From contig CAWGZB010000005.1 of assembly GCA_963827025.1 (NCBI GenBank), forward strand, positions 711,471-775,470: a stretch of 64,000 nt of DNA. Direction: 5' to 3'. The position numbers were made by a program, and so were the translations under genes. Shown here piece after piece: positions 31,401-37,779 of this stretch. Source of the DNA: an uncultured Actinomycetota bacterium. GTDB lineage: Bacteria > Actinomycetota > Actinomycetes > Propionibacteriales > Nocardioidaceae. The notes under the pieces are model-generated. The model made no database searches. It was not told where the DNA came from and saw only the letters and a list, made by a program, of their open reading frames with translations. Within the stretch, counting starts at the first letter, position 1; the number at the start of each line of letters is the position of its first letter.

Positions 31401-34400
31401 TGGTCGAGGCCGAGCTGGGGCCGGACTGGGCCCGCAAGGTCGCGCCCGCCTTCGACGCGGACCGTGCCGTCCTGCTCGACGACCGCTGGGCCTCGGCGCG
31501 TGAGGACCTCGCCCGGGCATGGACCGGGGACGAAGACGTGCGGGACCGTTCGTTCGCCAATCTCGACCCGGCCGCCTTGGCACAGGCCTCCTGGTGGCTG
31601 GCCCGTGCCCGCCGCGAGCAGCGCACCGACCTGGTCAGCTTCTACGGCGGCGTGCTCGCCCGCAGCGAGCAGGACCTGCCGTGGGCCGACGAGGTCGCCG
31701 TGGTGACCGGCGCCGCGCCGGGATCGATCGCCGCCGCAGTGGTGGCCGACCTGCTCCGCGGCGGCGCGACCGTGGTGGCCACGAGCTCACGGCTCGACGC
31801 CGAGCGGACGTCGTACTTCCGCGCCCTCTACCGCGACCACGCCACGACCGGCGCGGCCCTGTGGGTGCTGCCGGCCAACCTGGCGTCGTACGCCGACATC
31901 GACGCGTTGGTCGACTGGATCGCCGCGCCGGTGGTCGAGGAGGCCGGCGGCCAGCGCACCGAGCTGCGGCCGGGTCTGGACCCGACCCTGCTCTTCCCCT
32001 TCGCCGCCCCGCAGGTCCAGGGGTCGGCTGCCGATGCCGGCGCGCGCGCCGAGCTGGAGCTGCGGGTCCTGCTGCTGGGCGTGGAGCGCCTGGTCACGGG
32101 GCTGGCCGCGAAGGGTGCGGACCACCGGATCGGCCGGCGGGTGCACGTCGTGCTGCCCGGCTCCCCGAACCGGGGCCGCTTCGGCGGCGACGGAGCCTAC
32201 GGAGAGGCCAAGGCCGCGTTCGACGCGTTCGTGCAGCGTTGGCACGCCGAGACCGAGTGGGCACGCCGGGTCTCCCTGGTGCACGCCCAGATCGGTTGGG
32301 TGCGCGGCACCGGGCTGATGGGCCACAACGACCCGCTGGTGGACGCCGTCACGGCGCAGGGTGTGCGCACGTTCGCGCCCACCGAGATGGCGGCCGAGCT
32401 GCTCACGCTGTGCCGCCCGGGCGCGCGTGCCGAGGCAGCCGAGGCACCGCTCGCCGCCGATCTCACCGGCGGCCTGGACGAGGTCGAGCTCGACCTGGCC
32501 ACGCTGGCGAGGGAGACTCGTGCGTCCGTGGCTTCGACGAGCCCACTTTCGGAGGGCTCGACCACCGAGGCGGACGAAGCCACGGTGGAGGCGCTCACCC
32601 ATCCCGCCGGGTGGCGGACCCGGCAGCCGACGATGGCGTGGCCGGAGGTCACCTCCCGTCCCGAGGACATGGTCGTGATCGTGGGTGCCGGCGAGGTCGG
32701 CCCGCTCGGCTCCTCGCGCACCCGCTGGGAGCTCGAGGTGGAAGACCACCTCTCCCCTGCCGGAGTGCTGGAGCTGGCCTGGGTGACCGGCCGGATCGTG
32801 TGGGAGCACAACCCCGTGGCCGGCTGGCACGACGCCGCCACCGGTGAGCCACTCTCCGAGTCGCAGATCGTGGAGCGCTTCGCCGAGGAGATCGAGGCCG
32901 GCGTGGGCATCCGCCGGTTCGCAGACGACGGCGCGATGGTCGACGGCACCGCACCGCTGGTGCTTCCGGTCTTCCTCGAGGAGGACACCTCCTTCCTGGT
33001 CAGGACTCGTGCGGAGGCCGACGCCTTCCGCGAGGCCGACCCCGAGCGGACCCGCGTCACCGCGACCGCGGACGGCGACTGGCAGGTCACCCGGCTGGCC
33101 GGCAGCCAGGTGCGCGTGCCACGGCGGTTCAAGCTGTCCCGCTACGTCGGCGCCCAGGTGCCCGCCGGGTTCGACCCGGCTGTCTACGGGCTGGGGTCGA
33201 TGACCGAGTCGGTCGACCGGCTCGCGGCCTGGAACCTGGTGGCCACCGTGGACGCCTTCGTCGCCAGCGGGGTGGAGCCCGCGGACCTGCTGCGCTGGGT
33301 CCACCCGACCCGCCTGGCCAACACCCAGGGCACCGGGATCGGCGGGATGCAGTCGACGCGGAAGATGTACGTCGACGCGTTGCTCGGGGAGACCCCGCCG
33401 AACGACGTGCTCCAGGAGGCGCTGCCGAACGTGATCGCAGCCCACACGGTGCAGTCCTATCTCGGCGGGTACGGCGCCATGGTGCACCCCGTCGCCGCGT
33501 GCGCGACCGCAGCCGTGAGCGTCGAGGAAGCCGTCGACAAGATCCGGCTGGACAAGGCGAGCGTCGTGGTCGCCGGTGGGTTCGACGACCTCGGCATCGA
33601 GGGCATCCTCGGCTTCGGCAACATGAGCGCCACCGCCGACACCGATCAGATGCTCGCCCGTGGGATCGAGGAGCGGCACGTGTGCCGGCCCAACGACCGC
33701 CGGCGCGGCGGGTTCGTCGAGGGACAGGGCGGCGGCACCGTCCTCCTGGCCCGCGGCGACGTGGCCGCCGACCTCGGCCTGCCGGTGCTCGGCGTGGTCG
33801 CCTACGCCGGGTCGTTCGCCGACGGCGTGCACACCTCGATCCCGGCGCCGGGCCTCGGTGCGCTGGGAGCGGGTGTCGGCGGCGCGGACTCGCCGCTGGC
33901 CCGCGGCCTCGCCGAGCTCGGGCTGGGTGCCGACGACGTGGCCGTGGTCTCCAAGCACGACACCTCCACCGCCGCCAACGACCCCAACGAGTCGCGCCTG
34001 CACGAGCGGCTGGCCGCGGCCGTCGGCCGCACGGACGGAGCGCCGCTCTACGTGGTCAGCCAGAAGTCGCTGACCGGCCACGCCAAGGGCGGTGCCGCGG
34101 CCTTCCAGCTGGTCGGGCTCTGCCAGCTGCTCGCCGACGGGGTGGTGCCGGCCAACCGCGGCCTGGACTGCGTCGACGACGCGCTGGCGGAGAATCCGCA
34201 CCTGGTCTGGTTGCGCGAGCCACTGCGGACGGGGCCGCTGCGGGCGGGGCTGCTGACCAGCCTGGGCTTCGGGCACGTCTCTGCGCTGCTTGCGGTCGTG
34301 CACCCTGGTGCCTTCGTGGCGGCGCTCGAAACGGGGCGGCGCGAGGCCTGGCTGCGCCGGGCGACTGACAGGCTGAAGGCCGGCGAGCAGCGCCGCCTGG

Positions 34401-34558
34401 AGGCGATGCACGGCGGTGACCCGCTCTACCGTCGACCGGAGCGCCGACGGTTCGCCGAGACGGACATCGACGTCGTGCGCGACGACGAGAGCGCGATGCT
34501 GCTCGACCCGCGGGCGCGCCTGGGCGAGTCCGGGGTCTACGCGAGGTCGGCCCGATGA
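25448..34558 (+). CDS. fas: Type I fatty acid synthase (actinobacterial FAS-I; AT-ER-DH-MPT-ACP-KR-KS)
   Basis: Uninterrupted 3036-aa ORF. AT GHSQG (25874-25888). FMN/TIM-barrel ER region (SPILLAGMTPTTV...HIEGGAAGGHHS). Hot-dog DH (VSGDHNPLHT, ~29010). MPT (AFPGQGIQSQGMG, GHSVGEYNAL ~29638). ACP (DGVSSRRNQVLVDLG, Ser codon 30806-30808). KR Rossmann fold (VAVVTGAAPGSIAAAV, ~31690). KS active-site Cys in VAACATAAVS (33500-33502), plus SKHDTSTAANDPNE and KSLTGHAKGGAAA. Confidence 0.95.
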   Translation: MTSFLTSTSTQPEPDHPTDRSTAARTLAEELAAEEFVLAFAGQGADWLDTVRRLAEEDPAAGRLDQLVAASAAAVAPVDGELVAALPRPFDPSGWLGAQPSPQDLVTPSVSVPGVLLTQLLTLDHLAVEGLDLAHTAPAAAVGHSQGILGVAAFAGRREGTGHRGDVEILAIARLVGAAATLVARRHRLAGHGPDGPMLAVNGATRPELEALLPDGAVIAAVNGPRHLVLSGMPQALRQLRTAVERRRDTDRAEVDLKRRGGRLLDPTMEPVAAAAGFHHPGLAPAVDLVGAWAERCGLDRELAEHLARAICVEPVDWPRELTDAVGERTRWVLDVGPGEVTARLTARALRGRGVTVVPAATPTGRDQLFTAGAEVERAGDWSTYAPRLIDRGDGRPVVDTAFTRLTGKSPILLAGMTPTTVDPEIVAAAANAGHWAELAGGGQVTEAIFERNVGRLTELLEEGRTAQFNALFLDPYLWKLQVGGRRLVQKARQAGAPFDGLVVSAGIPDLEDAVALVDDLQEAGLTHVVFKPGTVRQIRQVLAIAREVATPLVVHIEGGAAGGHHSWEDLDELLLATYAELREVPDLVVCVGGGIGTPDRAVEYLTGRWSVAHGEAPMPVDGVLVGTAAMATREATTSAQVKHLLVQTPGIETGWVGAGTSAGGVTSGRSQLGADIHEVDNAASRCGRLLDEVAGDAEAALARKEELVAAMAGTCKPYFGDVAEMTYEQLLRRYLELAGPRPSTSPVTARGWLDVTFAERFQALLDRAVARLHPEASGRVPRIELDLSDPAAAAAAVDTLVAQFPQAADCRLHPADVHHFLEVCRRLGKPVTFVPVIDADVRRWWRSDSLWQAHDESYGADQVIAIPGPVAVGGITEADEPVADLLDRFEAAVADAVGDATPAAAAASRTTVGADTTLLDAAYDASDVVWAGRVVPNPLHRLTDTGAELVPDGPRGAVLRVPLGGDDLRLRLDLSGVPQGRLPVVTEEAATAAMGELLTRTAGGELPELVEAPAGGCATRTVAWSPDLAADHAAVTDPVRRRREERTEPETGTVPDALVGLAWPAVFACIGPVEGLLDLVHLDHRIEIAGPEVLAGLEQAKPVTVTASRAGVTHTGAGQVIEVHGELTSADQQLATLHERFLVRGRGGAEDLTAPGSLAPDAVDRPRARLDRCTLTAPEHLGAFAAVSGDHNPLHTELAAARLAGFDSPIVHGMWLSAVAQRLAAGAGAVHRPRQVRSWLARWVAPLLPGQEVEVIVERTGVRAGDTVVEVSCRAAGELVMVAEAVLAAPLTAYAFPGQGIQSQGMGLDARSRSAAAREVWDRADRHTREALGFSILAVVRDNPTELDAEGEAHRHPDGVLFLTQFTQVAMATLAVAQVAELREAGVFVEGAVSCGHSVGEYNALAAVTGILPLEALLEIVFRRGMAMHHLVPRDAQGRSDFRLAAIRPAQAGLADDEVTGFVDELAARTGEFLQIVNFNLRGSQYAVAGTVAGLEALEREIERRRAEAGGKPAFILVPGVDVPFHSEQLRAGVPEFRARLEGLLPERIDAGMLVGRYIPNLVPRLFTVDRDYVAEVAAYVDAPALDAVLADWEQACADPDRLARTLLVELLAWQFASPVRWIETQDLLLGSAEQGGLGVEQLVEVGVANAPTLANLAAQTTRLASFTGSVPRILNSSRDAQAVLAEDAPLLDPDDEDPRGVADVHAEDAEASQKGGESTGEHTSATPQQAVDAHPRRLGEESERPADLTFTAADATALLAALRTKVRLDQIGPADTIEALCDGVSSRRNQVLVDLGAELSLGAIDGAAEADWTSLAATVDKLARGYTPFGPVLTEAVAEQLRSFAQSSGARPSAITDRVRDTWQLGAGWVAHVSAALAAGLRSGTSTRGGDLGSDLPADLDGAVDQTVQQVAAAQGVQVALPASGGAEATVDAAALGELTAEITGPDGVLASTARHLLGQLGIRPDDASAEDDGDLDAGLARLVEAELGPDWARKVAPAFDADRAVLLDDRWASAREDLARAWTGDEDVRDRSFANLDPAALAQASWWLARARREQRTDLVSFYGGVLARSEQDLPWADEVAVVTGAAPGSIAAAVVADLLRGGATVVATSSRLDAERTSYFRALYRDHATTGAALWVLPANLASYADIDALVDWIAAPVVEEAGGQRTELRPGLDPTLLFPFAAPQVQGSAADAGARAELELRVLLLGVERLVTGLAAKGADHRIGRRVHVVLPGSPNRGRFGGDGAYGEAKAAFDAFVQRWHAETEWARRVSLVHAQIGWVRGTGLMGHNDPLVDAVTAQGVRTFAPTEMAAELLTLCRPGARAEAAEAPLAADLTGGLDEVELDLATLARETRASVASTSPLSEGSTTEADEATVEALTHPAGWRTRQPTMAWPEVTSRPEDMVVIVGAGEVGPLGSSRTRWELEVEDHLSPAGVLELAWVTGRIVWEHNPVAGWHDAATGEPLSESQIVERFAEEIEAGVGIRRFADDGAMVDGTAPLVLPVFLEEDTSFLVRTRAEADAFREADPERTRVTATADGDWQVTRLAGSQVRVPRRFKLSRYVGAQVPAGFDPAVYGLGSMTESVDRLAAWNLVATVDAFVASGVEPADLLRWVHPTRLANTQGTGIGGMQSTRKMYVDALLGETPPNDVLQEALPNVIAAHTVQSYLGGYGAMVHPVAACATAAVSVEEAVDKIRLDKASVVVAGGFDDLGIEGILGFGNMSATADTDQMLARGIEERHVCRPNDRRRGGFVEGQGGGTVLLARGDVAADLGLPVLGVVAYAGSFADGVHTSIPAPGLGALGAGVGGADSPLARGLAELGLGADDVAVVSKHDTSTAANDPNESRLHERLAAAVGRTDGAPLYVVSQKSLTGHAKGGAAAFQLVGLCQLLADGVVPANRGLDCVDDALAENPHLVWLREPLRTGPLRAGLLTSLGFGHVSALLAVVHPGAFVAALETGRREAWLRRATDRLKAGEQRRLEAMHGGDPLYRRPERRRFAETDIDVVRDDESAMLLDPRARLGESGVYARSAR
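30544..30672. repeat. Copy A of the 32-bp-periodic inverted-repeat element, lying in-frame inside fas
   Basis: Forward units are 30548-30566 (cgaggcgtcgcagatgtgc) and 30575-30593 (gacgccgaggcgtcgcaga). Reverse units are 30616-30635 (gcacacatctgcgacgcctc) and 30650-30670 (gcacatccgcgacgcctcggc). Same-arm units are exactly 32 bp apart. The centre contains cgaatcg, as in copy B. Outer boundaries are approximate. Confidence 0.85.
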
Positions 34559-35016
34559 CGGCCCTGAAGGTGGCCCTGGTCGAGGGCGCCGGCGACCGGC
34601 CCGCCGAGGGCGTGGGGGTCGACGTGGTGTCGATCTCGGCCTTCGCCGATCAGCTGGAGGAGCCGGGCACCCGCTTCGCCCGGGCGTTCACGCCCGCCGA
34701 GCGGCGTACGGCAGCACGCGCGAGCGGAGGTCCGGCACAGAGCCTGGCCACCCGCTGGGCGGCCAAGGAGTCGGTGGTCAAGGCATGGTCGAGCACGCAC
34801 TTCGGGCACCCGGAGGTGATCGACCCGGCGCACGTGGACCTGCGCGAGATCGAGGTCCGCAGCGACCGCTGGGGACGACCCGAGGTGCGGCTGCACGGGG
34901 CGATCGCCCGCTCGATGGGCGGGTACGACGTCCGGCTGTCGCTCTCCCATGACGCCGATGCCGACGTGGCGATCGCCTTCGTCGTGCTGCACGAGAGGAG
35001 CGACCGCGATGCCTGA
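34555..35016 (+). CDS. acpS: Holo-[acyl-carrier-protein] synthase (4'-phosphopantetheinyl transferase AcpS)
   Basis: Its ATG overlaps the fas TGA (ATGA, 34555-34558). Motifs GVGVDVVSISAF, RWAAKESVVKA, LSLSHDADADVAIAFVVL. Confidence 0.85.
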   Translation: MTALKVALVEGAGDRPAEGVGVDVVSISAFADQLEEPGTRFARAFTPAERRTAARASGGPAQSLATRWAAKESVVKAWSSTHFGHPEVIDPAHVDLREIEVRSDRWGRPEVRLHGAIARSMGGYDVRLSLSHDADADVAIAFVVLHERSDRDA

Positions 35017-36976
35017 GACGCTCACCAGTGTCCTGCCGGCCCTGGTGGTCCGACTGCTGGTCGACGACGGCGCCGAGGTGGCCGCGGGGCAACCGGTCGC
35101 CGTCACCGAGACGATGAAGTGCGAGCAGACCCTGACCGCGCCGACGGCGGGGCGGCTGCGCTGGCGCTGCGCCGCCGGTGACGTGGTCGAGGCCGCCGAG
35201 GTGCTCGGCGACGTCGAGGCAGTGACCGACGTGCCGGCGACCCCGGGGCGGGCCCGTCCGCGGCGCCCCCTGACACCGCAGCAGGTGGTCGACCTGGTGT
35301 GCGGGCCGGGGGCGGCTCCGGAGCTCGGCGCGGCGGCGCGCAGCGGGACGTTCGTGGAGCACGACCTCGTCCCCTCCGACGTCACCCGGGCGACCCCGGA
35401 CACCGGCGACCGGCTCCGCTCGGTGGCCGACGACGCGGCCTTCCGACGCGAGTGCGGCGTGATGGTCGGGGTGATGACCCATCGCCTCGACGGTCACCCG
35501 CAGGGCGTCTCCCGGGTGTGGATCGGCGGCGACCCTGCCCGCTCCATGGGTGCGGTCAGCGAGGCGGAGTGCCGGCGGATCATCGCCGCGATCGACCTCG
35601 CCGAGCGGCTCGGCGTACCCCTGGAGTGGGTGGCGGTCTCCGCGGGTGCCCGGATCGCCTGGGACACCGGCACCGAGAACATGGACTGGTGCGCGGCGGT
35701 GGTCGCCAAGCTGGTCCGGTTCACCCAACGCGGCGGCCAGGTCGTCGTGGTGGTCAACGGCATCAACGTCGGCGCCCAGTCCTACTGGAACGCCGAGGCC
35801 ACGATGCTCGGTCACCACCAGGGCATGCTGGTGATGCTGCCGGAGCAGGCGATGGTGCTCACCGGCAAGCGCGCGCTGGCGCTCAGCGGCGGTGGCAACC
35901 ATCGCGACGACGCGGCGATCGGCGGGTACGACGAGGTGATGGGCCCCAACGGCCAGGCGCACCACCGCGCCGCCGACCTGGTGGAGGCCTACCGCCTGGT
36001 GTTCACCCACCACACCCTGTGCACCCGCCGGCGCGACGAGCAGCCGGCCGCGGTGGAGACGGTCGATCCGCTCGACCGTGACATCAGCATCGACCCCTAC
36101 CCGGAGGCCGAGCCGTTCCACTCCGTCGGGGACATCCTCGACGATCTCGCCCACCCCAGCCGCAAGCAGGCCTTCGCGATCCGGCCGGTGATGGGGGCCG
36201 TCGTCGACCGGGACGCGCCCGTCCTGGAGCGGTGGACCGACATGGCCGACGCTGCGGGCACGGTGGTGTGGGACAGCCGCCTCGGCGGGCTGCCCACCAC
36301 CGTCATCGGGATCGAGTCGCGCCCGCACAGCGCCGACACCGGCGACCACTGGCTCTCCGGGGCGACCCTGCACCCGGAGGGCGCCCGCAAGGTGGCACGT
36401 GGGATCAACGCCGCCAGAGGCAACCGGCCGGTCGTGGTCCTGGCGAACCTGGCCGGCTTCGACGGCAGCGCCCGCTCGATGCGCGGGCGGCAGCTGGAGT
36501 ACGGCGCCGAGATCGCCCGCGCCGTCACCAACTTCGAGGGTCCGTTGGTCGTGGTCGTGCTCGGGCGCTTCCACGGCGGCGCCTACGTGGTGTTCAGCAA
36601 GGCGTTGAACCCGAACGTCTCGATCGTCGCGCTCGAGGGCACCTACGTCTCGGTGATCGGTGGCGACTCGGCGGCGGGCGTGGTGTTCGCCGGCGAGCTG
36701 AAGAAGCGGGTGGCCGCGGCTCTGCAGGCCGATCCCGGCGCCGACCGCGAGGCGGTTCACCGCCGGGAGCGCGACCTGCTGGCTCGGGAGTTCGACCGGG
36801 TGCACGACGTACGCCGGGCCGCGCAGGTCGGCTCCATCGACGAGGTCATCCGGCCGCGGGAGGTGCGCGCGACGGTGGCGCGACTGCTCGGGGTACCGCA
36901 GGCGCGGCCCGACCTCGACGGCGCTCAGGAGGCGGAGCGGTTCCGCGCGGCGTCAGCCTCGGCGGCGAGCAGGTAG
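35009..36976 (+). CDS. Biotinyl (BCCP-like) domain fused to a eukaryotic-ACC-type carboxyltransferase domain; no biotin carboxylase domain
   Basis: ATG at 35009 overlaps the acpS end (ATGCCTGA). The N-terminal ~72 aa form a biotinyl/lipoyl-type domain with ETMKCE (Lys codon 35117-35119). The rest aligns by eye to the yeast/animal ACC CT: VSAGARIAWD (cf. ANSGARIG), LGGLPTTVIGIESR (cf. LGGIPVGVIAVETR), VVLANLAGFDGSARSM (cf. ILANWRGFSGGQRDM), FHGGAYVVFSKALNPN (cf. LRGGSWVVVDPTIN). Confidence 0.8.
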   Translation: MPETLTSVLPALVVRLLVDDGAEVAAGQPVAVTETMKCEQTLTAPTAGRLRWRCAAGDVVEAAEVLGDVEAVTDVPATPGRARPRRPLTPQQVVDLVCGPGAAPELGAAARSGTFVEHDLVPSDVTRATPDTGDRLRSVADDAAFRRECGVMVGVMTHRLDGHPQGVSRVWIGGDPARSMGAVSEAECRRIIAAIDLAERLGVPLEWVAVSAGARIAWDTGTENMDWCAAVVAKLVRFTQRGGQVVVVVNGINVGAQSYWNAEATMLGHHQGMLVMLPEQAMVLTGKRALALSGGGNHRDDAAIGGYDEVMGPNGQAHHRAADLVEAYRLVFTHHTLCTRRRDEQPAAVETVDPLDRDISIDPYPEAEPFHSVGDILDDLAHPSRKQAFAIRPVMGAVVDRDAPVLERWTDMADAAGTVVWDSRLGGLPTTVIGIESRPHSADTGDHWLSGATLHPEGARKVARGINAARGNRPVVVLANLAGFDGSARSMRGRQLEYGAEIARAVTNFEGPLVVVVLGRFHGGAYVVFSKALNPNVSIVALEGTYVSVIGGDSAAGVVFAGELKKRVAAALQADPGADREAVHRRERDLLAREFDRVHDVRRAAQVGSIDEVIRPREVRATVARLLGVPQARPDLDGAQEAERFRAASASAASR

Positions 36977-37578
36977 GCGGTCAGCAGGCGCTTGAGCTCC
37001 ACCACCGCGTCCGGGTGCGACTGCCCGTCGCGGATGGAGAAGTTCAGCATCGAGTAGGTGACGTGCACGAGCACCTCGGCGATGGCCTGCCGGTGGGTGA
37101 TCTTCGAGCCGGGAGTCAGGGGCGCCAGCAGCCGGGTCACCTCGGTGGCCAGCTCGCGCTCGTGCTCGGCGGCGACCACGCGGGTGGGTGGGGTCGCCTG
37201 CATCGCCAGCCACACCGCCCGCCGGGAGGGGTCGGTACGCCACAGCCCCGCGAGGTGGTCCAGCAGCTTCTCCAGCAGCTGAGCCCAGTCCAGGCTGGGG
37301 ATCTCCGCCGCGAACTTGTCCAGCTCCTTCTTGACGTTCTCGGTGTCGAGGCGGTCGAGCTCGCAGACGATGGCGTACTTGTTGCCGAAGAATTGGTAGA
37401 GCGACCCGATCGGCACACCCGCCCGCAGCGCCACCTGCTCGGCGGTGAACGCCTCGAACCCGACTTCGACCAGCAGCGCCCGCGCAGCCCGGAGGATCTC
37501 GTCGAAGCGGCGGCGGCTGCGCTCCTGGGCCGGTCGGCGACGCGGCAGGAAGTCGGTCAGCTCGCTGGGCTTGGTCAT
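36925..37578 (-). CDS. TetR/AcrR family transcriptional regulator
   Basis: MTKPSELTDFLPRRRPAQERSRRRFDEILRAARALLVEVGFEAFTAEQVALRAGVPIGSLYQFFGNKYAI (HTH). Its 3' end overlaps the convergent BCCP-CT gene by 52 bp. Its start lies 16 bp from repeat copy B. Confidence 0.85.
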   Translation of the reverse strand: MTKPSELTDFLPRRRPAQERSRRRFDEILRAARALLVEVGFEAFTAEQVALRAGVPIGSLYQFFGNKYAIVCELDRLDTENVKKELDKFAAEIPSLDWAQLLEKLLDHLAGLWRTDPSRRAVWLAMQATPPTRVVAAEHERELATEVTRLLAPLTPGSKITHRQAIAEVLVHVTYSMLNFSIRDGQSHPDAVVELKRLLTAYLLAAEADAARNRSAS

Positions 37579-37593
37579 GTGCCCACGGTAAGG

Positions 37594-37776
37594 GACGCCG
37601 AGGCGTCACAGATGTGCGTCCGACGTACGCCGAGGCGTCACGGATGTGCATCCCAGGCACGCCCAGGCGTCACGGATGTGCAGTACCGAATCGGCCCCCA
37701 CCACAGGCCAGTCCGTATTGCCGCATATCTGCGACGCCTCGCCGCTCTCCGCGCGCACATCTGCGACGCCTCGGCG
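37594..37776. repeat. Copy B of the 32-bp-periodic inverted-repeat element (3 forward + 2 reverse units); it fills the intergenic region
   Basis: Forward units are 37594-37617 gacgccgaggcgtcacagatgtgc, 37626-37649 tacgccgaggcgtcacggatgtgc and 37658-37681 cacgcccaggcgtcacggatgtgc. A 41-nt centre contains accgaatcgg. Reverse units are 37723-37744 gcatatctgcgacgcctcgccg and 37755-37776 gcacatctgcgacgcctcggcg. Unit starts are exactly 32 bp apart within each arm. Confidence 0.9.
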
Positions 37777-37779
37777 GAA

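Noticed and set aside
37594-37776. The repeat array might be a small CRISPR array.
   Set aside because: The units occur in both orientations, forming inverted arms. The variable segments between units are only ~8 nt. There are just 3+2 units, and no cas genes are in the window. A second copy also sits inside a coding region. The architecture fits a palindromic interspersed element, not CRISPR.
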